A DNA stretch of 64,000 nt from Meyerozyma guilliermondii (taxonomy: Eukaryota): positions 248,001 through 312,000 of the forward strand of contig CP128815.1 in NCBI GenBank assembly GCA_051546255.1, given 5' to 3'. The notes beneath the pieces are model-generated. The model was given only the letters and a program-made list of their open reading frames with translations, searched no databases and was not told where the DNA came from. The position numbers and the translations under genes were made by a program. Position 1 is the first letter of the stretch. Each line of letters begins with the position of its first letter. This document shows, piece after piece, positions 20,082 through 31,400 of this stretch.

Positions 20082-23000
20082 ATGAGAAAGCTTTGGACAC
20101 GTAAAGATAAGCGCAGAAGCTTTGGCTATGCCCATGAGAGCGACGCCGAATCGACCCATTCTGACAGCCGCCTCGAAGACGATAATGCCACCCTTGCCAA
20201 CGCGTCGATTGTGGGTTCTACGATTGCTAGCATCCCTGAATCGGGTCAGAACACTGTGACCACTGACAGAACCACGGTAGCCCCGGAGGCTGCTCAGTCC
20301 AAATCTTTGTCTAGTCTCGTGCAGCCAGACTACGACTCTCGTACCACCATGCATTCTTGGCTCAATGTGCTTTCAAACCCACTGAGTGCTAATGACATAT
20401 CAGAGCTGGCAATGAGAGTTGTACGCGTTGAATTGAAGGGCTCGCATCTTTACCTCCATAAGGCTAATGTGAATGCTAGATCGTTTCGAGCTACTACCGA
20501 ACGGTCTTACTCCGCCAGTGGCTCCAGCGAACCACAAACACCGGTTTCTGCTCCTACGGAAACACCACAAGACGCTCAGTCCTATCCGCAACCTCCTCCT
20601 ACCCCCAACCCAAACGACAATTCTCGGTCTCAAACAACTCTCCCACCAAAATCGGAAACCGCCATTCTGGATCAGCCTCATCTACAATTCACTTCAATGG
20701 ACACCCGCCACCCGGAGTTGGCCTATAATGACGAAACCCACGCTTTTCCTCCACACGTTGTCAACGATGCCGAACCAGTTGCCCATTTTATGCTTTTCGA
20801 AACTTCGTTGCAGGATTTGTCCAGCGTAAATCAATTAATTGCAATTTTACCCTTATTTCCAAACTTTGCAGACATCCTTTGCTACATCCAGTTGTACCTC
20901 TCACTCACAATTGCCCTGCACCACGAAACTGAGACTCGTACGCTGCACATCACAGATAGAGTCCTCAAGCTTTTGGCCAACGTTGAGGAAAACTTTAGTG
21001 GTTTTCTTCTCAAATCGGATATTGCGCCTCATATCCTAAAGATTATAGAGTCCCTCTCCGAATGGGAACCTACCAATAACAAGGTCTCAGAGTTCAAGAG
21101 GGACATGCTCGCAAAGCAAAAATTATTGATGGATTTAGTAGAAGCAGCGCCTTCTCAAAAAGTTGAGCTGTCTAATCCTTTTGCTGATCTCAACTCAATA
21201 ACCTTCATGAAGGACATCGATTTGATTGAATTTGCGGCTGTGGTGACATCGATCGATCTCAAATTTTTCAAAGCATGGAACTCGAACATTGACAAGTCGC
21301 TTTTGCTATTTTCCTCACTCAACAACTCCCATTCTCTGGACTACTTCTACAAGAAGAACACCCTCATGTTCAATAACGACACTCATATTCATTACTTATC
21401 CCGTTTATTCATAAACCACTTGTTTATCGAGGGTACATCTCCAGGGATTTCGACCAGTGCCCTCAGCTTTGAAAAGAAAGCCCGATTAATTGAGAAGTGG
21501 ATCGACCTCGGATGTCTTTTAGACAAGCTCGGTAATATGTCATCCTGGTTGGGCATTTCTTCCATCATACTCTCGCAGCCCATATTGAGATTAACAAAAA
21601 TTTGGTCGCTTGTGTCTCCTGATTATATCAAGTTGTTGAAAAATGATTGGTCTCCTGTTCTCTTTGAATTGGATAGGCGTCACTTGGCTAATGGCTTAGT
21701 AAAGGCTAACACTTCGGGTCAAACGTCAAATGGAAAAGAAGAGTCCAACCCTCGAGAGTCGTACCACATCATGGCTCCTAGAGGAATTGGAAAGATTTAC
21801 CCTAAGGAACGAGTGATTCCTTACTTTGGTGATTTGGTTATTCAAAATGCGGTGCCCAATGTAACCGAATTGGAGTCGATTTGGAAACGTATCAACTACT
21901 CCTTCAACAGGTGGAATGAGTATTTGACCAATTTGAACAACTATAACGAAATCATCAGATATAATGACGATGTCATCAGAAGGTATGATAGCATGGGATT
22001 CATCTTCTCCAACGAAAGCTTGAATCAAGTGCTTTACCTTGGAGTCAATAACGATGAAAGATCGACGCCAAGTTTTGATGAAGTTTCGCATATTCCTCCC
22101 ACCACCAAATCTTATGAAAACCCATCGCTTGAAAAGAAATTGTGGAGATTAATTGACATTAATTGTGAGTCGATCGGTCTTGATAAGCTAATGAAGTTGT
22201 CCTTGGTATTAGAACCGGACCTTCCAGAAGCGTACCTAGAATCAGAGACCATGGCCTCGAGTCCCTTGAATTTGAAACATCAAAACAACAGCTCCTTAAC
22301 CGTACAGTCTACGGACTCTGCTACCACCTTGCATTCATTCGATTTGGGTAATAAGATCCCTCAATTCAATAATGAGTACTTTAAGTTGAAGTTATCTCGT
22401 TATGACGAACTCGTTCAAGAAGACGATGAAGGAAGGCTAGCAAGTGAAGGACGTACTTCGACTGATACGTCTAATATTGTCGTTGATGACCTGTTGGTGT
22501 TTCGTGCTGATGATATGATCCCTGACTTTGAAAGTTCTATGGTTAACTCGAGCACATTCAATGCTTTTGACGATGTCGTGGAAAATGTCGATGACGAAGA
22601 TGATGACGCCGGTTTAGGCATTGACGTTGATGTAATACTCAATTCTGAAAAATTTAGAAACTTCTCCATAGAAGACGATCTGGAAGGATCCAAAAAGAAC
22701 CGGTACGAAAGGCGAAAAACTCACCAAAGCGGGGATACTGAAGGGGATCTGACTAATGCCATTCCGGTTATGAATTTCATTCCCAAGTATGCCACCATCG
22801 ATAGACTCATTGATATTCTTCTTCTTGATGCTAAATATTTTGAGGAATCGTTGGTAATCGATTTGACTGAGTATCGATTCGTCTTTCTTCTCAACTATAA
22901 CTCGTTCATTACAACAAAGGAGTTATTGGAGAAGCTTGCTCATCGTTTCATAAATTCAGGCAATGCGGTCATTTCGGTCATGCAACGGGCACATGCTTTA

Positions 23001-25457
23001 AAGACAGGTGAGGTACTTGGTGGTGAATTCCCCAATTGGAATTTAGATCCAACTGACCCGAGCATCAACTTGGCAGCCCTTGGGGAAGTTGATTATGAAT
23101 TGTTGTTGAAGATCCAGATAAATATCCTCAAGGTCTCAATTGTGCTTATCAACAACTTTTACTCCAATTTTGCAACTGACTTGACCAATAAGGCGATCCT
23201 CATCAAATTGCTCAAGCTTTTCAGCAATGAAATATTGCAATGGTACAACTCCAATAAAATTGACTCTAAACTTGAGCGATCTTTCGAAAGCTTGGTCAAT
23301 TACTACAAGAAGTTGAAAAAATTGTTTGTTAAGAAGACATACCGTCCGATTGAAATTCTGAAGTTTGACGAGTATTTGATCAACGAATTCAAATTTGGCA
23401 ACTCCTTACATGAGGTGCCAATGAATCGCAATTTGCCCGGTCACAAAAATGTGAATAAAATCGAAAAGTTTTTGCACAAGTTCAACAAGCTTTTGACTGT
23501 ATTTTACAAAGGTATAAGGGCCGAAGACTGGGTTCGTGTATTCAAAGCTATCGAAATTGAGTTTGAAAATAATAATCTTATGGAGTATAACCTTCAAAGA
23601 CCCACTACGCACGACGATAGCCTACAGATTTCCAACATCTTTTCCTATTTTGAGTCGTTAACTGATCCGGTTGATAAACAATTGGTGCTCAAAAAGCTTC
23701 CTTTGGTTTTCCGGAAGCTTTTTAAATTATACTATAAGTTCCGAAGCTACTTGGCGATTCAATTAACTGATTTAAACATAACAGTCGAAGAACGTCTAGA
23801 TAGAATGAAGACCTTGTTAATCATGGTAAAGCTCACGAAGTTGAAAATGGAAAATAATCAGTTTGTGTTTGAAGGCAATGAGGGATCTATCCCTTCGTGC
23901 ATTGAGTCTGCAATCACTAACGTTATTTATTCACCTGAAAGTCGGCTTTTCACAAACTTATGGATCAAAGCGTCTATGGCTCTCAATGGTGATGGCTATA
24001 CTTCGAATTTCGGTGACCTTGATCTGCTTTTGCCAAGGCAATTGACCAGTTCGGATCTAATAATTGCACATGAGCCCCTACTTCCATGCTTTGGTTGGAT
24101 TATCGAGAATTTGATGGCCATCAACAAGTGCCCAACGTATTACAAAAACTGCATTAACATCAACAAGAGATACCTCATTTACAAATTAATCAAGGAATTA
24201 AGCGTTGAGGACTTCGAGAGTGGGGACGGCTATACAGTCAGCTATCATGATACGCGAGAATTTGAATTTCTTCTTAAATTGGATGAATCATTGGTCAATA
24301 TTCAAAGTCTCAAGGAGTTCACCTTTTTGGAGAAAGATCGCATCAAGATTTTTAGAACTGTTCTTGAAAGCCAACGCTCAATTTTGGTGTCTGACAACAA
24401 GAAGAAGCATATGTTAGAGCCCAAGAAGGAGAGTAACCCCATGCATAATGTTTCGGGATTGACCAAAAAAACATCTAACACGAGTCTTCGAAGACAGTCG
24501 TTGGCGTATAAGTCCAATTCGGCTTCGCGTTTCAAGATCAGTGGCTTATTTAGTAAGAGCAGGCCCTTTTCTATGTCTGCCTCTAGCAGCTCTGACAAAG
24601 TTGTTGACTACTACGAACTTCCAGATCCAAAATCTACCGTTGATGGCAAGCAGAAACCTATTGCAGTTATCGCTTTGAAGAACAAAAAGATTTTCCCGGT
24701 TTATCTCTTACCTTTATGTTTCAAAATTGATTCCGATTCCTCAAGCGATGAATACCTTTTTCAAGCGCCAAACGAGGTTGAATTGAACAAATGGCTCATC
24801 AAATTGAATTATTCAAACAGACATTGGTTTCTCTCGAGAGCTTTGAACCTAAAAGGTAGCCCTTCGATAGTATTCGGTGTGCCAATTAACATAGTCTGCA
24901 ACAGGGAGGGCACCTACGTGCCAAACTTTTTGACAAAGATCTTTGCGGAGGTAGAGCAAGAAGGTTCAAAGGATGTTGGCATTTATAGAATCAGTTCTTC
25001 AGTGAGCGAATTAAATGCCCTTCGCTCCATGATTGACAAGACAGGCACTGTTGACTTCAGTGAGCGGGCTTATGATGTTCATGCGTTGACGAGTTGCGTC
25101 AAGCTCTATTTCCGTGAACTTCCCGATGCGTTAATTTCAGATGAAGTGATATCAGCAGTATTTGAACTTAAGCAGAATGGCTCAGAACCTGACAGGGATC
25201 TTGGACAATTCAGAGAGGTCATAAGGCTTTTACCTCCAATTAACTACAACACTTTAAAAGCACTCTTGCGCCATTTGAATGTTGTTTGTCTGTTCAGTGA
25301 CACTAACAAGATGACGGCGTCAAATTTGGCTACGGTCATCGGGCCAGCATTGACGGAGGCAAGTTCAATGGACTCGTTGATCAATAATTTCGGATATATC
25401 AACTTGGTGGTTGAGAAGTTAATTACTAATTATGAACAAGTCTTTGGTGACGACTAA
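20082..25457 (+). CDS. BEM2: Rho GTPase-activating protein with RasGEF-like and PH domains
   Basis: RasGEF-like region (GNMSSWLGI), PH-like segment, RhoGAP motifs VGIYRISS and NKMTASNLATVIGP. Convergent with OXA1, as in S. cerevisiae. Confidence 0.93.
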   Translation: MRKLWTRKDKRRSFGYAHESDAESTHSDSRLEDDNATLANASIVGSTIASIPESGQNTVTTDRTTVAPEAAQSKSLSSLVQPDYDSRTTMHSWLNVLSNPLSANDISELAMRVVRVELKGSHLYLHKANVNARSFRATTERSYSASGSSEPQTPVSAPTETPQDAQSYPQPPPTPNPNDNSRSQTTLPPKSETAILDQPHLQFTSMDTRHPELAYNDETHAFPPHVVNDAEPVAHFMLFETSLQDLSSVNQLIAILPLFPNFADILCYIQLYLSLTIALHHETETRTLHITDRVLKLLANVEENFSGFLLKSDIAPHILKIIESLSEWEPTNNKVSEFKRDMLAKQKLLMDLVEAAPSQKVELSNPFADLNSITFMKDIDLIEFAAVVTSIDLKFFKAWNSNIDKSLLLFSSLNNSHSLDYFYKKNTLMFNNDTHIHYLSRLFINHLFIEGTSPGISTSALSFEKKARLIEKWIDLGCLLDKLGNMSSWLGISSIILSQPILRLTKIWSLVSPDYIKLLKNDWSPVLFELDRRHLANGLVKANTSGQTSNGKEESNPRESYHIMAPRGIGKIYPKERVIPYFGDLVIQNAVPNVTELESIWKRINYSFNRWNEYLTNLNNYNEIIRYNDDVIRRYDSMGFIFSNESLNQVLYLGVNNDERSTPSFDEVSHIPPTTKSYENPSLEKKLWRLIDINCESIGLDKLMKLSLVLEPDLPEAYLESETMASSPLNLKHQNNSSLTVQSTDSATTLHSFDLGNKIPQFNNEYFKLKLSRYDELVQEDDEGRLASEGRTSTDTSNIVVDDLLVFRADDMIPDFESSMVNSSTFNAFDDVVENVDDEDDDAGLGIDVDVILNSEKFRNFSIEDDLEGSKKNRYERRKTHQSGDTEGDLTNAIPVMNFIPKYATIDRLIDILLLDAKYFEESLVIDLTEYRFVFLLNYNSFITTKELLEKLAHRFINSGNAVISVMQRAHALKTGEVLGGEFPNWNLDPTDPSINLAALGEVDYELLLKIQINILKVSIVLINNFYSNFATDLTNKAILIKLLKLFSNEILQWYNSNKIDSKLERSFESLVNYYKKLKKLFVKKTYRPIEILKFDEYLINEFKFGNSLHEVPMNRNLPGHKNVNKIEKFLHKFNKLLTVFYKGIRAEDWVRVFKAIEIEFENNNLMEYNLQRPTTHDDSLQISNIFSYFESLTDPVDKQLVLKKLPLVFRKLFKLYYKFRSYLAIQLTDLNITVEERLDRMKTLLIMVKLTKLKMENNQFVFEGNEGSIPSCIESAITNVIYSPESRLFTNLWIKASMALNGDGYTSNFGDLDLLLPRQLTSSDLIIAHEPLLPCFGWIIENLMAINKCPTYYKNCININKRYLIYKLIKELSVEDFESGDGYTVSYHDTREFEFLLKLDESLVNIQSLKEFTFLEKDRIKIFRTVLESQRSILVSDNKKKHMLEPKKESNPMHNVSGLTKKTSNTSLRRQSLAYKSNSASRFKISGLFSKSRPFSMSASSSSDKVVDYYELPDPKSTVDGKQKPIAVIALKNKKIFPVYLLPLCFKIDSDSSSDEYLFQAPNEVELNKWLIKLNYSNRHWFLSRALNLKGSPSIVFGVPINIVCNREGTYVPNFLTKIFAEVEQEGSKDVGIYRISSSVSELNALRSMIDKTGTVDFSERAYDVHALTSCVKLYFRELPDALISDEVISAVFELKQNGSEPDRDLGQFREVIRLLPPINYNTLKALLRHLNVVCLFSDTNKMTASNLATVIGPALTEASSMDSLINNFGYINLVVEKLITNYEQVFGDD

Positions 25458-25470
25458 GGATTATAAAGTA

Positions 25471-25530
25471 TATATACAAGGATGCATACAAAAGGTAAAT
25501 TTAATTGACTCTAAGAAACTCATATTTACA
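25471..25530 (-). promoter_or_regulatory. Two Puf3 elements in OXA1 3'UTR (TGTAAATA 25523-25530; TGTATATA 25471-25478)
   Basis: Two UGUAHAUA matches within 65 nt of the stop codon. Confidence 0.65.
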
Positions 25531-25533
25531 AGT

Positions 25534-26619
25534 TCAATGTTTCTTAATAAAGCCACCACTGGCTTCGTTCTTCCTCTTGTGCAAGGCGCCAAGTTTGGTA
25601 TTGGACTCTTTCATCTTTTTTTCAACTCCCAGATTCATACTTTTTTGAAAATCTTTCCACCATTCGGTGACAGTTGTAGGGGCGCTCTCAGATGGTTTTG
25701 CAGCCACAATTGGTGGCATTTTAGCCAATTTACGGAAGTACTTGTTCCTTAAAACCAATGCTTGGACAAAAGAAGCCATCGAATTGATTGCAAAATATAA
25801 CACCACTGCAGCTGAAAATTCCTTGGTTATAAAGATGGAAGCAATAGGGACATATGTCATGACTTTCTTCAACATGGGATTCATAGTAGCGGCTCCTGTC
25901 TCTCCACCGATCCTAACCATCAAGACGACAATTCCTGCGGCGATAACTTGTAAACCACAGTATGGATCCACCTGGGTCAAATCTTCAAACCAAGCATAAC
26001 CTTGAGATGAGAATCCTTCAACGGGAAAGTTTGCCATTTTACGCAAAGCCTGGAAAAATCCATAAGCGAGTGGGAGTTGCAACAAGGGAAACATCTGATG
26101 AGACATGTGAATATCGTGTTGCTTCATCAATGCCTTTCTTTTGTGCGCTGCTTGAACCTGTTCCTGGGGGTTTTCAGCCTCTCGAAGGTCTTTCATGATC
26201 TGGTCCAATTCTGGCTTCACCTTTGTCATTTTCGCAGCATTGATAGACGATTTGACGTATAAGGGAAACATTACAGCCCTTACGGCAACGGTAGCAGCTA
26301 TAATTGTTCCCCACCATGGAAGACCAGTATACACATGTGTCAATTCTAAGAACCTTTCTACCAAGGACGTTGGTCCCCAGCCTTGGGCCATACCTATGGA
26401 GTCTAAGTATCCCAACTGGTCCGAGGTTAAGTCCGTAATGTACCCATTTGTGGCAGAAGTACTATCGAATGTTGGAAGTTTGTCTGTAATTTCTGATACT
26501 CCAGTGGAGCTGGAGTTCCATCTAGCAGCGATAGGAGTCGCTGAGGCCCGGAAACCCACGGGAAACCCACGAATGGTGTTCAAGGGGCTTATACTTCGCC
26601 TTATACCTGCTTTGAACAT
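25534..26619 (-). CDS. OXA1: Mitochondrial inner-membrane insertase Oxa1
   Basis: HVYTGLPWWGTI, FPLYVKSS, WFEDLTQVDPY; presequence from ATG 26619. Confidence 0.95.
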   Translation of the reverse strand: MFKAGIRRSISPLNTIRGFPVGFRASATPIAARWNSSSTGVSEITDKLPTFDSTSATNGYITDLTSDQLGYLDSIGMAQGWGPTSLVERFLELTHVYTGLPWWGTIIAATVAVRAVMFPLYVKSSINAAKMTKVKPELDQIMKDLREAENPQEQVQAAHKRKALMKQHDIHMSHQMFPLLQLPLAYGFFQALRKMANFPVEGFSSQGYAWFEDLTQVDPYCGLQVIAAGIVVLMVRIGGETGAATMNPMLKKVMTYVPIASIFITKEFSAAVVLYFAINSMASFVQALVLRNKYFRKLAKMPPIVAAKPSESAPTTVTEWWKDFQKSMNLGVEKKMKESNTKLGALHKRKNEASGGFIKKH

Positions 26620-26665
26620 TATGAAGTTCTTGATACTCAAATCGACTTTGAAAAATTCGGGAGAG

Positions 26666-26675
26666 GTCACGTGAT
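26666..26675. promoter_or_regulatory. Cbf1-type E-box (GTCACGTGAT) in the divergent OXA1/orphan promoter
   Basis: Exact RTCACGTG match in the ~220-bp intergenic region. Confidence 0.4.
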
Positions 26676-26842
26676 GACAGTTGAAATGGTACGAATTGCA
26701 ACAAGAAAAGTTGGTTCATTACAAAGTTTCTGTACGAGGACACGAGCGTGAACTTTACCTGAATCTCTAGTCTTCTAGTAACATAGTTTGGGCTGCTCTT
26801 GGACTGTTTTGGCTCTGATACACAAGATATTGTAATGGTGTC

Positions 26843-28411
26843 ATGGTACGATATCGATCTTGCAAGCATATATTATTGCACAATCAGTTAAAACTTCTAA
26901 AGTTACCATCTAAATCATTTCATGGCATTCGTGGATACAAAAGTCTTGCTTATGGTAATTCTGAACCTGAAAATCTTACCCAATCAACTAAAATAAACGA
27001 CGATGAGAGACATGGTGCCCTGCCACAAACTTATTTCCACACACTTTTAAGCCAGAAAATTTCCTACATTGATCCAGAGCTTGCCAATATAGAGTTTTCC
27101 AAACTCTTGCAATCACACAATATTACCGCTTTCGTTACCCTTTTCCATCTTCTTCTGTCTCGCTATCCCCATTTCCGACTACCTAACCAGACATGGTCAA
27201 TTTTCATGTCTCAAGTTTGCACCATGGCTCACTACTCTGGTGCATGTATGGTATACCACGAACTCATTGACAACCACGTATACTATTCTTCAGAAAAATA
27301 TGCCATTGACAGATTCAATCCCCACGTTCCATTTCTAGTGAGCTGCGAAACACTCGAAGCCCTCGCTTCGATATACGTCCAAAATAAAGATGTTGATCGA
27401 ATACAGGGTCTCTTACAATACTTCAAGCGGTTTTACTCTTACTACTCGCACAACAATACATACAAAGCGTTGCGCATTTGCATTGTTGAAGCATCGGCTC
27501 AGGTTAATCATCTTGCTCAAACCTTGAAGTTGTTTCGGGATCTTGCTTTTGCCTTCCGTGGACACAGAAACATCAGAAGCTTTAAAAAACAGAAAGAAAT
27601 TTCTGCAATTACATCTTTTGCACAATTCAGAGCGAGAAGAGAGGCAATAAGAGAAAATATATCTCACGACATCTCCTTGCCGGAAGATTTCAAGACGGAA
27701 TTTGAGAACGATGAAGATACTATTTGCCGAGAAATGGACATTGTGCCATTCACTGCTAGTGAGGAACGCAACATTCATTCCTTTACTGAACGCAACTCTT
27801 TGATCGACGGGAAAATTTTGGTTGCGGATATGCCAAATCTATACGAGCTTGTTAGGACTCAGGTTTCGACAGTTTTTCTGTCAGGTGGCTTGGACCGCAT
27901 ATCTGCATTGATAACCCTTATCCGGGCCAGTCACTTTCGTTTGAATGCATTTGTGATTGCTGCTCTTTGTGAACTAGGTAAAACATCTGAAGCTGTTTTG
28001 TTGATTCAGCAATTGCTTCAAGACTTCCCCAAAACTATGCCTCAAGTTCTAGTTGATCTGCAAACTTTCCTGTTGATCATGAAGGCTTGCTGGAACAAAA
28101 GCATGCAAGATATTACTCCTCGAGAAGATAAAGATCTTCAATTTAGATTATCAGAAGCAATGCTCTGTTACCGTCAGGTTCTGTCTACACATACCGTTTT
28201 CAAACCTCAAGAGGATATAGTCGCCCACTTTTTATCCGCAATGCTCAACTGCAATTCGGTAACCAAAGATCAATTATTTCATCACTTGGAGTTGTTGGCG
28301 CGAGATGATATTTCAGGCTTACAAGTAAGATTGAATACGGAAACTTACAGAAAATTTCGGTCAATTTTTCACTCAGAATATCCCTGGATTGTTGAGCAAG
28401 CCATTACATAG
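26843..28411 (+). CDS. Uncharacterized helical-repeat protein, probably mitochondrial
   Basis: 522-aa ATG ORF with a basic, acid-free N-terminus, PPR-like helical segments (NAFVIAALCELGKTSEAVLLIQQL) and a Puf3 element at 28426-28433. Confidence 0.7.
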   Translation: MVRYRSCKHILLHNQLKLLKLPSKSFHGIRGYKSLAYGNSEPENLTQSTKINDDERHGALPQTYFHTLLSQKISYIDPELANIEFSKLLQSHNITAFVTLFHLLLSRYPHFRLPNQTWSIFMSQVCTMAHYSGACMVYHELIDNHVYYSSEKYAIDRFNPHVPFLVSCETLEALASIYVQNKDVDRIQGLLQYFKRFYSYYSHNNTYKALRICIVEASAQVNHLAQTLKLFRDLAFAFRGHRNIRSFKKQKEISAITSFAQFRARREAIRENISHDISLPEDFKTEFENDEDTICREMDIVPFTASEERNIHSFTERNSLIDGKILVADMPNLYELVRTQVSTVFLSGGLDRISALITLIRASHFRLNAFVIAALCELGKTSEAVLLIQQLLQDFPKTMPQVLVDLQTFLLIMKACWNKSMQDITPREDKDLQFRLSEAMLCYRQVLSTHTVFKPQEDIVAHFLSAMLNCNSVTKDQLFHHLELLARDDISGLQVRLNTETYRKFRSIFHSEYPWIVEQAIT

Positions 28412-28462
28412 TGTACAGTTTATCGTGTAAATAAAATTATCATTAATTGTTCGTTATCATTA

Positions 28463-31400
28463 TCAATTGGAGTTCCTAGGGTCTGACATGCGGTGGATCC
28501 GTACGTCGCTGCTATCTAAGTCTCCGACAACAGCAATATCTTGAGGAGTAATAAATATTGATTGTGATTTTGGATACTGTCTCAACTCGTTCAAAAGAAG
28601 CTTGATACTTATAGATCTGTTGACCGAATCCATGAACACATCAAATTCATCTAGCCCACGAACTTTCGAGTCCATCATTTTCCATATAGCTAAAAGCAAT
28701 GCAATTTGCGTGAAGGACTTTTCTCCACCGGAAAGAGACTCTGTAGTTCTTTTTTGTGCGTCGTTCTTTGTTTGAACCATCATTGTCAATGTTTCCTCGG
28801 CAAAGTTGAATTTCAACTCGCCCTTGAAACCTCTGAGCGCAAGTGAGCGCTCAAAGGAGGACGCTGATTCTCCAGTATTTCTTAAAATAGTGGTGTGCAA
28901 GGCATCAAAACGCCTATTGAGGTCGGCTTGAAGTGCTCTCGAGATTGTCGTAAGATTTTTTACTCGTTTTTCTGCATCTTCCTTACTCTCTTTGTTTGAC
29001 AAAAGCTCGTCTTGAATCTCTTGTATTGATTTGCCAATGGTCTTTTCTGCTTCCTGAACCGCCTGCTGTGTCCTTTCGTATTCCTGGCTTATTGTTTCGC
29101 TGGTATCGGTTTCAGCTATCAGTATCTTGTCACGAGGGCAGCGAGCTTCGGCATCAGCAAGCAATGGTTGGAGTCGTTCTTGCCCCTGTTGTATTTTCGT
29201 TTCAAACTGATTGATAGATGATAAATGCTGCTCTTTCTTCATCTCATACTGAGACATTTGCGCATCCATTTCGCTGATATTTCCATCCATATTGACCATT
29301 TCTTGTTCTGCATCGTCTTTTTGTTTTTTACAATCCGCCATTTGTTCTTTCTTGCGTTCGACGGCAAGCTTCGCTTTGACAAACTTTTCTTTGTCTTTCA
29401 CAATATCTTGCCTGAGGGAATCCAATATTCCGTACTTGTTATTAATCTCGTTTTCAAGTTCTTGTATTCGGCCCTTCAATGTCTCAGTGCGTGAACTATC
29501 ATTTGAGTCATTCACGTTATTTTCCTCTCTAAAAATTTCATCGGCAAGTTTTCTTAATTGTGACTGGATCTCACGATATCTTTTCTCGGTATTTTGCTTA
29601 TCATTTTGAAATTTAATTCTTGCTTCTCTAAGTTGATTTTCAAGTCGCGACAAGTTATTTTGCTCTTCCAGTATTCTTTCATCTATCTTCCTGGTCTCGT
29701 CTGCGGCAGATGCGCTACCAGATGAAAGCTTGTGCAAGTCATTTCTGTAATAGATCGGATCGATTCGAAAAGACCTGTTACTACCCGTTGACCTGTGCCC
29801 TGACTTGGCATTCAACAAAGAAAATACATTAAGGACATTTTTCTGGGTAATAAGGGAGTTTGCATTTCTTCTGTCCTTAGTTGTCACACATTTTTCGATC
29901 ATGTTGGAATCAATCAACGTGAAGGCGACATGTCGATTCAGTATCTCCAACATATCAAGAAATGTAACATGTTCCAGCGCCTTACCGGACTCGTACAGGA
30001 ACTCCTCAAACTTTCTGGTAATTATGTTCTTGTTGATTCGAAACTGTCTGAAAATTTGTTGCAATAGGCGTCTATCATGTTCATTTGAGACTAAGAAAGA
30101 GTCCAACGTTTGCAGAAGTACGGCATTGATAAGATCCTTCCACTCTGAGTATTCACTCTTCAACGTGACGTAGTATCCGATAGGACCAATGGGCTTTTCT
30201 TTCCATCTATTAGTTGAGTTTATGGCGTTTATCACTTTGGCCATACTCAGTCCCCAAGGCGCGTATTGATCTCTTTGTGCCGCTAAAATCTCATTCTTTC
30301 TCCTTCTCATATCTTGCACACTCTCCTTGGCCGATGTGATTTGTCTTTGGATCTGCATTATTGCACTATTCTGAGGGTCGGCAAATGTGTCATTGAGCGC
30401 CTTTAACTTATCTCGCTCACCTTCTAGTTCCTTTAACGTTAATCTCTTCGACTCCAAACTGGAAGGCGAGTCAATAGTATCCTTTGATCGAGATGTCTCA
30501 GTTTCTAGTTCTTTTTCGAGGCCCTTAACTTCCGACTTGAGCGACTTGATTTCATGTTCTTCCGATTTGATCTCATTTGCAACATCACTTACGGCCATGC
30601 GGATTTTTGTGTATGCTTCTTGTGCATCATGAACCTCCTCATTAAGTATGGAGACCTGACGTCTTGCCTCTTCGGCGTTGGCTTGAAGTTGTGGAACTTC
30701 AAGCTTACTAGACTCAATTTTGTTGGTTAATTCACTGATCTTAGACTCAGTTTCTCGTATGTTCCCTTCCAAGGACAGTATATTATCTCTGTACTTTTGT
30801 ATTTTCTTTTCAAATACAGAAACATTATACCAATAAATTTTGCCGTGGAGGAGCTCTAAATGTCTTCGTAAATGGTCAGATCTTTTAAAGTTATTGAATA
30901 CCTGCGTCGATTTGGCATAGGTGCGCCTGGCAGCCTCAAGATGTTGCTTTGCTATGGTTAGCTTACTGTTGACTTCCACAATGTTCTTGGAAATGGATTG
31001 GTAAGTTGCAAGGATGTCGCTCAAAAGTGTGCCTGTCATGAAATAGTTGTATTTTGAGTGGTCGGTAGTCAGAGTGATGAATTCTCGAGCTTTATCTTGT
31101 GAAAGAAATGCTAGTGGGTTATCGACTGTAATGTTAAAACGCGCCAAGATCTCATCGATGATTGCCTTCTTTTTTGAAATTATGGCTCCCAGAGCTGACT
31201 TTATGAGATATTGATTTGTACCTTGCCTTTGAAGCACCCTTTCGATAATGATGTGTGAGCCAAATGTACTTCGCTTGTAGGCTTCGGGGCCCTCATTCTT
31301 TAATGTGATGGAGATTCTTGCCGTGTTCTTGCCGTCTTTAATTAACTTTTTCATCGAAGTTCCTCTATTAGTATCAGCTGCTTTGGCACCCAAACCGACA

